DNA from: Lachnospiraceae bacterium
Lineage (GTDB): Bacteria > Bacillota > Clostridia > Lachnospirales > Lachnospiraceae
Length of the DNA stretch: 32,000 nt
Direction: 5' to 3'
Assembly: GCA_029338675.1 (NCBI GenBank)
Contig: JAQYAV010000058.1
Location: forward strand, 23,256-55,255
The position numbers were made by a program, and so were the translations under genes. How positions within the stretch are numbered: the first letter of the stretch is position 1; every line of letters starts with the position of its first letter. Below are positions 8,637-17,176 of the stretch, one piece after another. The notes beneath the pieces are model-generated. The model was given only the letters and a program-made list of their open reading frames with translations. It made no database searches and was not told the DNA's origin.

Positions 8637-8876
8637 AATAATAAAAGAGAGGTAGAAATTATCTTTTTACAAGTTGTTGTTTTGTTATTAGGATTTGTGT
8701 TCCTTGTAAAAGGAACTTATTGGTTTGTAGAGGGAGCAACAGTGACCTTTGCAGAGGGTGTTATACTTTGGATAATGTTTTTGATATATCTTGCATATTT
8801 AGTCATAATGTCAAAGAAAAGTAATGATGATGAGGAAGCTGAGAATATTAAGGATAATCCTATATGGAAAAATTGT
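8637..8876 (+). pseudogene. Remnant of a cation/Ca2+ (CaCA, YrbG/NCX-like) antiporter gene
   Basis: The frame is open from 8637 without an ATG. LLLGFVFLVKGTYWFVEGAT resembles the CaCA N-terminal helix. It is followed directly by EGVILWIMFLIYLAYLV..KKSNDDEEAENIKDNP, which resembles the end of the first half plus the acidic loop. The roughly 100 residues normally between them and the whole second half are absent. Confidence 0.45.
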
Positions 8877-9806
8877 ATGGAAGGAGAAGGTATTTTGAAA
8901 ATAAATATAAGACTTATAATCAAGAGAATAGAGGAACTGTTGCATACTTTAAAGCCCTTAAATTTTTTGTATTTGGCATTGGCAGGCACCATCAACGCAT
9001 TTGGTGTAATGCTGTTTTTGTTTCCTGTTAAATTATACGACAGTGGGGTATCTGGACTTTCCATGCTTTTGGATCAGATTACTCCGTCATATTTATCTAT
9101 TTCTGCTTTTTTGCTATTAATTAACATTCCTATTTTCTTATTTGGAGCGAAAAAACAAGGCTTTCCATTTACTGTATATTCTGTTTTTACTGTAGCTATG
9201 TACTCTTTGTTCTCTTATCTTATTGTGAATGTATTTCCAATTGATGTAGATTTTGTATCGCCATTGGCAGGCAGTGATTTACTTCTATGTGCCATTTTCG
9301 GAGGGGTTATTTCTGGTATTGGAAGTGGCTTAAGTATTCGACTAGGAGGTGCAATTGATGGAATGGATGTTTTATCGGTTATTTTTTCTAAAAAACTTGG
9401 GCTTTCTATTGGAACATTTGTGATGATATTTAATGCAATATTGTATATTGTTTGTGGGTTTGTTCTCAATAGCTGGATATTACCCTTGTACTCGATTATT
9501 ACATATTTTGTAGCTTCTAAAACAATTGATTTTATTGTGGATGGATTTAATAAAGAAAAATGTGCCATGATAGTAACAACACAAGCAGACAAGATTACCG
9601 ATGCATTAAATGAACGATTTGATTTTAGTGGGACAATTGTTGATGCAATGGGTGGATATTCAAAAAAAGAATATAAAATCGTATATATGATTATCAATCA
9701 GTTTCAGGTATATGAACTAAAAACCATTGTGCAGATGAATGACCCTAATGCTTTTATTTCCTTGCAAGAGGTGTCAGATATATTTAAGCGAACAGAAAAA
9801 ACTTGA
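8877..9806 (+). CDS. YitT-family membrane protein (DUF2179 C-terminal domain)
   Basis: LALAGTINAFGVMLFLFPVKLYDSGVSGLSMLL..., multiple TM segments, and a C-terminal DUF2179-like region (CAMIVTTQADKITDALN...FISLQEVSDI). The start is uncertain: ATG 8877, or TTG 8895 preceded by AGGAGAAGG. The ORF track extends to 8682 through the antiporter remnant. Confidence 0.8.
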   Translation: MEGEGILKINIRLIIKRIEELLHTLKPLNFLYLALAGTINAFGVMLFLFPVKLYDSGVSGLSMLLDQITPSYLSISAFLLLINIPIFLFGAKKQGFPFTVYSVFTVAMYSLFSYLIVNVFPIDVDFVSPLAGSDLLLCAIFGGVISGIGSGLSIRLGGAIDGMDVLSVIFSKKLGLSIGTFVMIFNAILYIVCGFVLNSWILPLYSIITYFVASKTIDFIVDGFNKEKCAMIVTTQADKITDALNERFDFSGTIVDAMGGYSKKEYKIVYMIINQFQVYELKTIVQMNDPNAFISLQEVSDIFKRTEKT

Positions 9807-9959
9807 AATAATACTATTATCTAAATAATATATTTCAAGTTAGTTAATTCTTAATTTTTGTCTGCTTTAAGCATTGCATTATATTTTTCTTTATTTACTG
9901 AGGATTCACCAATAATTACATTTGGATTTAGTTCTTTTACAAGCTTGAATATTTCACTT

Positions 9960-10268
9960 TCAGAACAGTTTGGAGTTAACTGAATAGATATCAATTTTTG
10001 GTGAATTAAGAAACAATCGTTTCGATATTAACATCCATATTAGAAAAATGGTTGATATAGTAAAATATAAGCTTGACAAAAGTACAAAAATTGTAAGAAA
10101 TTCTGTATCTGCAAGGATTAAGTTAATAATATTAAGAACAAGAAATAATATAGCGGCAATGATTTCTTGTATCAAAATACTATTAAACAACTTTTGACAA
10201 ACGCTTTTCCAGGCTAATATGTCAGGATTAATTTGTAATTGTGCATTATTATTATTATTATTAAACAT
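9960..10268 (-). CDS. Small two-TM membrane protein, hypothetical; possibly truncated by a frameshift
   Basis: AGGAG lies 8 nt upstream of the ATG. It has an N6 tract encoded by an (AAT)n microsatellite and two hydrophobic helices. A neighbouring frame, one base offset, stays open for 58 codons down to 9854. Confidence 0.55.
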   Translation of the reverse strand: MFNNNNNNAQLQINPDILAWKSVCQKLFNSILIQEIIAAILFLVLNIINLILADTEFLTIFVLLSSLYFTISTIFLIWMLISKRLFLNSPKIDIYSVNSKLF

Positions 10269-10410
10269 AACTAACGCTCCTATAAAAATATTGTATTTAA
10301 GACTGATTTATATATTTCTTATATTATCATCTCGAAGAGAATAATATATTATTCTGTAAGTATAAAATATATATAACGCTAATTCAAGTGTAATAAAACC
10401 CATGCCATAT

Positions 10411-10482
10411 CATATAAGTCAATAAAACTTGTTATATAATCATCGTCATATAAGTCAAAATCTCTTGTTATATAATCATTGT
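10411..10482. repeat. Tandem direct repeat, 36 bp x2 (31/36 identical), directly downstream of the dus stop
   Basis: catataagtcaataaaacttgttatataatcatcgt followed by catataagtcaaaatctcttgttatataatcattgt. Confidence 0.8.
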
Positions 10483-10483
10483 C

Positions 10484-11419
10484 CTACAGTGTAATATAAT
10501 CCTCGTTTGTAAATAATGCATTAACTGCCGCCTTGTATTCAGAAAAATGCTTTGCTTTTTTAATTTTTTTCATATATTTCTCAGGGTTTGTAAAACTTGC
10601 TTCCATGTAGGTCCATAACTCTATCATTTTGTAAAGTGTAGGCATTTCGCCAGACATTCGTTCCTGGTATTGCTCAAATAAATCATCATGGAAATCTTTG
10701 ATAATGCTTTTTGTTGGAGCCTTAGTACCATTTATTGAAGCAAGAAGACCAGGATTTTTTAAAATACCACGTCCTAGCATGACATTATCAAGGCTAGGGC
10801 ATTTAGCCTTTAGTAGCTCAAAATCTTCTTTAGCAAAAATATCTCCGTTATAACAAAGTGGAATACTTATTTTTGTTGTAGCTTTAATAAAGGCATCAAG
10901 ATGTGGCTTGCCCTTGTAAAATTCCTTTTGATATCTTGGGTGTATTATCAATTCTTCCATGTTATATTTCGAATAGATATCTAATATTTCTTCCCATTCA
11001 TCATATTGTTCCCAAATTCCAATTCTTGTTTTGATTGAAATGTTAAGAGGACAATTTGCAAATAATTCATATAGAAAATTATCTAAATAATAAAGATCAG
11101 AAAGCATTCCTGAACCACGCTTTTTGCTTACAACAGTACCTGCGGGACAACCTAAATTAAGATTTACTGTTGTATAGCCATATTCACTTACGGATTTTGC
11201 TATTTTAATAAATTCATCAGAATCCTTAGATAGAATTTGAGGAACTAAATTAATATTTAGATTATTTTCTGGGCATAAATCTAATTTTTCTTTCAAATTA
11301 AAATTAGGGCTAACTAAAAATGGAGTGAAATATTTATCCATTTTACAAAAATATTTGTCGTATGTGCTTCTATATATATAAGATGTAATACCTTCTAAGG
11401 GCGCCATATAATATTTCAT
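10484..11419 (-). CDS. dus: tRNA-dihydrouridine synthase family protein
   Basis: MAPLEGITSYIYR..., NLNLGCP..., TIM-barrel Dus pattern. I prefer ATG 11419 (GAAAGGA upstream) to the TTG at 11449 used by the ORF track. Confidence 0.85.
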   Translation of the reverse strand: MKYYMAPLEGITSYIYRSTYDKYFCKMDKYFTPFLVSPNFNLKEKLDLCPENNLNINLVPQILSKDSDEFIKIAKSVSEYGYTTVNLNLGCPAGTVVSKKRGSGMLSDLYYLDNFLYELFANCPLNISIKTRIGIWEQYDEWEEILDIYSKYNMEELIIHPRYQKEFYKGKPHLDAFIKATTKISIPLCYNGDIFAKEDFELLKAKCPSLDNVMLGRGILKNPGLLASINGTKAPTKSIIKDFHDDLFEQYQERMSGEMPTLYKMIELWTYMEASFTNPEKYMKKIKKAKHFSEYKAAVNALFTNEDYITL

Positions 11420-11765
11420 AAATAAAATCCTTTCATTTCTTGTAGGCAAAAACCACTTTCACTTAGGCAGTGTGGTGCTTGCAAGAGCCTTATTTATAAC
11501 CATAAAATTATTGTACAAATTATAACATTAAATTTATAAAAATACACTAAATTTAGAAAACACTATTCTTTACAGTTTGTGAAAATGTTTATATTGATAC
11601 CTATAAAAATTAATTTTTGTCAAGTCTATCACATTGTTTATACTTATATAGTATGGTAAAATATTAACAAGTATTTAGAACGAAAAAGTGGTTTTGGTTT
11701 AAATAGAAAAATATTTATTTTCTTGTTTGTTTTCATGAAACATTTGGATAATATATGAGGGATAT

Positions 11766-13883
11766 ATGACAAAAGAAAAAATTTATCTTAAAACAAGACT
11801 AAAAACAAGACATAAAATAATACTTGCTGTAATTATATTTTTGATTCTTTTTTTGCAATTAGTATTTTTACATTTTGCATTTAAAAGCCATATTGAAGAG
11901 CGTAAGGTTGAGGTTTCGGAATATGCAAATAGCGCTACTAATACCATAAGGCTTTCATTTGAAAAATGTATTGCAGATTCAGAAACAGTGAGTGATTTTT
12001 ATACATTGTATGGTATGGATTTTATTAAGGATTTTGATAAAATCTGCAGAATGACTATGTATGATGATTCCATGATTAAAAGTATGTATTTTGCTGTAGA
12101 TACAGTTGTTGTTGCGGCATATCCTAGTACGGTTAAGGAGGCAACAATTGGTTATGATATGTACGATTCTAAAGATAAAGCAGATATTATACGAAAAGCT
12201 ATATCTACAAGGAAGATATTAGTGGATGGTCCATATGATTTAGTTGAGGGCGGCGGTGGCTTTTCTATATGTAATCCCATATACGTTAATAACAAATATA
12301 AGGCAATGGTTGTTGTAGTAATTGATTGGAAGGTTTTTGAGGATACAGTAGTAAAGGCGTTATCTAGCAAATCCAACCAATACTATTTTGGTGTCAAAAA
12401 CAACAATTATAAGAGTCTTTCTAATGACAATGGATATATTATTTCTAATACTGACAAGAAGCTTACGGAATTAGTTAGTTCGGATTTTGATATATCTGGT
12501 GATACATGGACATTGGTTGTTGAGCCAAAGGATGGTTACAATGTTTTAAAAAGTATGATTGTTGAAATTATATTGTGTATAGTGGTATTTATTATTTCAG
12601 TTGTTGCTATTATAGTTAGTATTAAATATACGCTAAAATATAATTATAATCTTGAACATGATGAAACAACAGCATTGTTTAATAGATATGCTTTTTATAA
12701 ACACGCTCGGGAGTTGCTTGATAATACAGTTGATGAAGAGTATGACTTGATTATTGCAGATATAAAGAATTTTAAGTATATAAATAGCATATTGGGAGAA
12801 GAATTTAGCAATGAACTTCTTAAAGTATTATCAGCAAAAATACGAGAAATAAATCCAGAGGGAATTTGCGGAAGATTTGATGATGATCAGTTTATTTTTA
12901 TATCTCCTTCAAGTGATAACCACTCTGATGAATTTTTCAAAGAATTAACAAGAAAAGTTCAAGAAGAGATGGATATTCCTAATCTGACAATTAAGTATGG
13001 GGTTTATGAGAATGTTAATAGAGAACTTACAGTTGCTAGAATGTGTGATCGTGCAATCCTTGCACTTAATAGTGTTAAGAATCAGTATGGAACTGACATA
13101 GGAAACTACGAAGGACCTATTAGTAAGCATCAGGTTAAAGTTCAGTCTTTTGAGGCTAATTTTGATAACGCAATAGCAAACAAGGAGTTCAAAATCTGGT
13201 ATCAGGCTAAGCACGACACTAATTCAAAGGAGATTGTTGGTGCAGAGGCATTAGTGAGATGGCAGACACCTAATGGCAAAATGATATCTCCAGGGGAATT
13301 TGTTCCTACTTTCGAAGAAGATGGATTAATTAGCAAACTAGATGAATATGTTTTCGAAGCTGTATGTGCTGATATAGCTAAATGGACGGCAGAAGGTAGA
13401 CGACTTGTCCCAGTTTCGATTAATTTATCCAGAGTTAGTCTTTGTAATGATGATTTGGTTGAAAAATATAAAGCTATTGTTGAGAAGTACAATATTGATT
13501 ATCAGTTATTGCAGCTTGAAATAACAGAGAGTGCCATGCTTCAAGATTCACAGGTTATGGATTTAACGCAGGAATTAATTAAAGCAGGTTTTGTATTGTG
13601 CATGGATGATTTTGGATCTGGCGTATCATCATTATCAAGTCTTAATTTGTTGCCATTTAGTGTAATTAAATTGGATAAATCCCTAGTTGATTTTATAGGT
13701 GATCCTGGTGGAAATGAAATAATCCGACATACTATAGAATTATCACACTTCAAAAAAATGTCAGTTGTGGCTGAAGGCGTTGAAAATGAACAGCAGTTTG
13801 AATTCTTGAGAAGCTTAAATTGTGACGTAATTCAGGGATATTATTTTTCTAAACCAAAACCAAGAGATGAATTTGATATCTAG
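11766..13883 (+). CDS. Membrane sensor protein with extracytoplasmic domain, degenerate GGDEF and intact EAL domain (predicted c-di-GMP phosphodiesterase)
   Basis: Two TM segments flank a loop of about 230 aa. The GGDEF position reads GRFDDDQF. EAL-domain motifs are intact: GAEALVRW, QLEITES, DDFGSG, KLDKS, AEGVEN and QGYYFSKP. Confidence 0.9.
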   Translation: MTKEKIYLKTRLKTRHKIILAVIIFLILFLQLVFLHFAFKSHIEERKVEVSEYANSATNTIRLSFEKCIADSETVSDFYTLYGMDFIKDFDKICRMTMYDDSMIKSMYFAVDTVVVAAYPSTVKEATIGYDMYDSKDKADIIRKAISTRKILVDGPYDLVEGGGGFSICNPIYVNNKYKAMVVVVIDWKVFEDTVVKALSSKSNQYYFGVKNNNYKSLSNDNGYIISNTDKKLTELVSSDFDISGDTWTLVVEPKDGYNVLKSMIVEIILCIVVFIISVVAIIVSIKYTLKYNYNLEHDETTALFNRYAFYKHARELLDNTVDEEYDLIIADIKNFKYINSILGEEFSNELLKVLSAKIREINPEGICGRFDDDQFIFISPSSDNHSDEFFKELTRKVQEEMDIPNLTIKYGVYENVNRELTVARMCDRAILALNSVKNQYGTDIGNYEGPISKHQVKVQSFEANFDNAIANKEFKIWYQAKHDTNSKEIVGAEALVRWQTPNGKMISPGEFVPTFEEDGLISKLDEYVFEAVCADIAKWTAEGRRLVPVSINLSRVSLCNDDLVEKYKAIVEKYNIDYQLLQLEITESAMLQDSQVMDLTQELIKAGFVLCMDDFGSGVSSLSSLNLLPFSVIKLDKSLVDFIGDPGGNEIIRHTIELSHFKKMSVVAEGVENEQQFEFLRSLNCDVIQGYYFSKPKPRDEFDI

Positions 13884-13907
13884 ATATAAGTTGTAAACTA
13901 TATTATT

Positions 13908-13941
13908 AAAAAAACTTGAGGAAAATTCCTCAAGTTTTTTT
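13908..13941. terminator. Bidirectional intrinsic terminator between convergent genes
   Basis: A7-cttgagg-aaaatt-cctcaag-T7. Confidence 0.7.
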
Positions 13942-13966
13942 AATTTGTTATTGAATAAGAAATTGG

Positions 13967-14809
13967 CTAAGCGTTCAAGGTGTTAATTACATCATATAAA
14001 TCATAACCTTCATCTGTTCGGTAGGTTACTCCGTGTATAACACTTTCGTCGAAGAAATCAGTTGTAATAATGTTGTCATTTAATTTGAAATTCTCACCAA
14101 AATGACAAGAGCCTTCGAAATTGACCTTGAAAAACATATGGTTTGCATTCTCTAGGCTATCTGTTCTTAAGTTGATGTTAAATCCATTAGGTATTTTGGT
14201 TTGAGAAAACATGTGCTCCATACTAGTAACCTTGTGAGTGTTGAAAAAATCACCTAACTGGAAATTCTTAGGTATATGTGCTTTGTAGAACATATATCTA
14301 ACCTTTTCAACATGATGAGTTGTTAAGCATGGAGTTAAATCTATGCCGTCAGGAATCTGCGAACCTGCAAACATAAGCGACATTTCTTTAATGTGTCTAA
14401 GTGAAAAACGGTTACTGAATTTAATATTCTCTGGAATAGTCATCCAAGAAAATATACCACAGAAGCTAGAAGCATTAATTGGAGGCTCGAGATATCCACC
14501 ATCATAATCTGCTGTGTTAAGCTTAAGAACAGCTCTGTTTTCCCAGTCCATATCAATTTTGTAATGTTTTGGGTTGTAAATAACCCAATGCTGGTTACCT
14601 GTTTCTTCTTTGAACCACTTATAACCATCTAAACCAAGATGTCTTTGAAGACGTTCCCGTTCACTATCATTATTAATATCTACAAAGTAGGAAGCGTGAT
14701 CACATCTAATATGAGCATAACCAACACTTTCTCTTCTTTTTATTTCTTCGATTGGAACGTCTTTGTATGTAACGTCAAAGTCAACTTTGTTTTCTTTAAT
14801 CTTAAACAT
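13967..14809 (-). CDS. Hypothetical protein with DUF285/BspA-like short repeats and no signal peptide
   Basis: A periodicity of about 25-30 aa of the type x-hydrophobic-x-MF...IP..F (IKEMSLMFAGSQIP, VEKVRYMFYKAHIP, VTSMEHMFSQTKIP, LENANHMFFKVNF). The N-terminal 110 aa are unrelated. The gene is monocistronic, bounded by a terminator on one side and a 450-bp intergenic region on the other. Confidence 0.55.
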   Translation of the reverse strand: MFKIKENKVDFDVTYKDVPIEEIKRRESVGYAHIRCDHASYFVDINNDSERERLQRHLGLDGYKWFKEETGNQHWVIYNPKHYKIDMDWENRAVLKLNTADYDGGYLEPPINASSFCGIFSWMTIPENIKFSNRFSLRHIKEMSLMFAGSQIPDGIDLTPCLTTHHVEKVRYMFYKAHIPKNFQLGDFFNTHKVTSMEHMFSQTKIPNGFNINLRTDSLENANHMFFKVNFEGSCHFGENFKLNDNIITTDFFDESVIHGVTYRTDEGYDLYDVINTLNA

Positions 14810-15060
14810 ATGGCATCCCTCACAAACTACAATATAATATCTATTATTATAACATATATAGAAAACAAAAAACAGTACAAAGAGAAAAATTACATATCAA
14901 AAATTGCTAAAAATATACAAAATGCACAAAGATAATAATCTAATATATAAAAAGTGCTGAAGCAAATTAAAACATCAGAAATTTTATAGTTAGTCGTTCT
15001 TTTTTTCGGAGTTAAAAACCGTATGTTCCATTAAGTAATTGGGAGCTTCTAATATGATTA

Positions 15061-15172
15061 ATGAAAATAGGCTTGCTGAGAAATGAAAAATAGGCTTGCT
15101 GAGAAATGAAAATAGGCTTGTAAAGAAACGCTAATAGGCTTGTAAAGAAACGCTAATAGGCTTGTAAAGAAA
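15061..15172. repeat. Tandem direct repeat, 22-23 bp x5, two sub-families, upstream of bioB
   Basis: The ATAGGCTTG core occurs at 15067, 15090, 15112, 15134 and 15156. Units 1-2 read ..ataggcttgctgagaaatgaa.. and units 3-5 read ..ataggcttgtaaagaaacgcta.. Confidence 0.9.
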
Positions 15173-15206
15173 ATAATTGAAATATTAAATTATGTATGCT
15201 AACATA

Positions 15207-15238
15207 ATGTAAACTATAAAATGAATAAAGGTTTACAA
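15207..15238. promoter_or_regulatory. BirA-type biotin operator (bioO) candidate
   Basis: Inverted repeat TGTAAAC (15208-15214), N16, GTTTACA (15231-15237), about 50 nt upstream of the bioB start and overlapping TATAAT-like boxes (15252-15257). An extra TTGTAAAC half-site lies at 15257-15264. Confidence 0.6.
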
Positions 15239-15286
15239 TACAACATATGTATATAATTGTAAACTGTGAAAGGACAAATATTAAAA

Positions 15287-16285
15287 ATGAATATGATTGA
15301 ATTAGCAAAGGAAATAGTAGAGGGGAGAAGAATAAATAGACAGGACGATTTAAGTATGTTTGTTTCGTGTGATTTGGATGAATTATGCAAAGGTGCAGAT
15401 ATGATACGTGAGCATTTTGTTGGAGATAAAGTAGATTTGTGTTCTATTATTAATGGACGAAGTGGAAAGTGTCCTGAGGACTGTAAATATTGTGCTCAAT
15501 CAGCACATAATAAAACAGAGTGTGAGGTTTATGATTTTTTACCAGAGGAGACTATAGTTTCTGCCTGTAAACAAAATGAAGAAGCACAGGTTCATAGATT
15601 CTCCATTGTAACAGCAGGAAAAGCTCTTACTGGAGAGGAATTTGATAAGGCTGTAAAGGCATATGAAACTATGAATAATGAGTGTGATATTGAGCTGTGT
15701 GCTTCAATGGGATTTCTCACTAAAGAGCAATTAATAAGACTTCGTCAGGCTGGTGTAAATAGCTATCATCATAATATTGAGACGTCAAAAAGTAATTTCC
15801 CCAATATATGCACTACACATACATATGATCAGAAGATTGAGATGTTAAAATTAGTTAAAGAGGTAGGAATGTGTACATGCTCAGGCGGTATAATAGGCAT
15901 GGGTGAAACATGGGAGGATAGATTGGATATGGCAATTAGTCTTGCAGAACTTGAGGTTGATTCTATTCCTATAAATGTGCTCATGCCAATTAAGGGAACA
16001 CCATTAGAAAATCAGGAAAAAATAACAGAAGCAGATATAATGAGAACAATTGCTTTTTTCAGATATATTAATCCAAAGGCAGATATTAGGCTTGCTGCAG
16101 GAAGAGCAATGCTTTATAACGATGGTGAAAAGGCATTTTGTGCAGGTGCATCTGCAACAATTACAGGAAATATGCTTACTACTACTTCTAAGGCAACGAT
16201 TAATTCTGACAAAGAAATGTTAAAACGACTTAATAGAGATGCCGTTCCTGACTATGTAAAATGTAAGAACAACTTGAAAATCTGA
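15287..16285 (+). CDS. bioB: Biotin synthase (radical SAM)
   Basis: CPEDCKYCAQS radical-SAM CxxxCxxC motif, plus YHHNIETS and GGIIGMGET. I prefer the start at ATG 15287 (MNMIELAKEI...) over the GTG at 15266. Confidence 0.9.
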   Translation: MNMIELAKEIVEGRRINRQDDLSMFVSCDLDELCKGADMIREHFVGDKVDLCSIINGRSGKCPEDCKYCAQSAHNKTECEVYDFLPEETIVSACKQNEEAQVHRFSIVTAGKALTGEEFDKAVKAYETMNNECDIELCASMGFLTKEQLIRLRQAGVNSYHHNIETSKSNFPNICTTHTYDQKIEMLKLVKEVGMCTCSGGIIGMGETWEDRLDMAISLAELEVDSIPINVLMPIKGTPLENQEKITEADIMRTIAFFRYINPKADIRLAAGRAMLYNDGEKAFCAGASATITGNMLTTTSKATINSDKEMLKRLNRDAVPDYVKCKNNLKI

Positions 16286-16425
16286 ATAAATTACTTGTTG
16301 AAAATCTGAATAAATTACTTGTTGAAAAGCTGAATAAATTATTTGTTGAAAAGCTGAATAAATTACTTGTTGAAAAGCTGAATAAATTACTTGTTGAAAC
16401 CCTGAATAAACTACTTGTTGAAAAA
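16282..16425. repeat. Tandem direct repeat, 24 bp x6, beginning at the bioB stop codon
   Basis: ctgaataaattacttgttgaaaa(t/g) units start at 16282, 16306, 16330, 16354, 16378 and 16402. The bioB TGA (16283-16285) lies in unit 1, and the last bioB codons (aacaacttgaaaatc) resemble the unit's 3' part. Confidence 0.9.
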
Positions 16426-16594
16426 CGAAATGAAGTGTGGGCTATGCATAATTGGGAATAAACATTCTTTTACAGAAATTAAATTAATTCTATAGATATT
16501 AAATTGCTTTTACATATAATAAATTATGTATTGTTCTAAATATTTTATTTTATGGTATAATAAAACATAAGTTTTTTCGTTTTTGGAGGTTTTT

Positions 16595-17176
16595 ATGAAG
16601 GTAATATTAATCAATGGTAGTAGAAGAGAAAAAGGTTGTACATATACAGCACTTAATGAAGTGGCAAAGGTATTAAATGCATCTGATATTGAAACAGAAA
16701 TTGTTCACATTGGTTTAGATGCAGTAAATGGAAATATTGACAATAAAGTAAAGGAAGTTGCGGGATTAATGAAAACTGCAGATGCCTTGATTGTTGGTTC
16801 CCCAGTATATTATGCTAGCCCAAGTGGAGAGATTATTGCATTTTTAGACAGACTTTATGGAACTTGTGAGAAAGACCTTAAATTCAAACCTGCAGCTGCT
16901 GTAACATCAGCAAGAAGAGCTGGAACAACAGCAACGTTAGATGTTATATATAAGTATTTTAGCTTTGCCGAGATGCCTATTGTGTCATCAAGATATTGGA
17001 ATATGGTTCATGGTAATACACCTGAGGAAGTTCTTAAGGATGAAGAGGGAATTCAGATTATGAAGCTTCTTGGAAGAAATATGGCATGGCTGCTTAAGAG
17101 CATTGAGGCAGGTAAAAAAGCAGGAGTTGAACAGCCTGCTATAGAGGCTAAAAAGTTTACTAACTTTATCAGATAA
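16595..17176 (+). CDS. Flavodoxin-fold NADPH-dependent FMN reductase family protein
   Basis: MKVILINGSRREKGCTYT... and GSPVYYASPSG motifs. GGAGG lies 5 nt upstream of ATG 16595; the ORF track begins at TTG 16583. Confidence 0.8.
   Translation: MKVILINGSRREKGCTYTALNEVAKVLNASDIETEIVHIGLDAVNGNIDNKVKEVAGLMKTADALIVGSPVYYASPSGEIIAFLDRLYGTCEKDLKFKPAAAVTSARRAGTTATLDVIYKYFSFAEMPIVSSRYWNMVHGNTPEEVLKDEEGIQIMKLLGRNMAWLLKSIEAGKKAGVEQPAIEAKKFTNFIR

Noticed and set aside
14639-14935. A 98-aa plus-strand ORF overlapping the 5' end of the minus-strand DUF285-like gene.
   Set aside because: It is antisense to a better-supported CDS for most of its length, has no RBS, and translates to low-complexity sequence.
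15047-15090. Mini-ORFs reading into the bioB-upstream repeat array (MINENRLAEK after a GGGAG, plus ATGAAA starts within the type-A units).
   Set aside because: They are 5-10 codons each and out of phase because the repeat period is 22-23 bp. There is no evidence that they are more than by-products of the repeat sequence.
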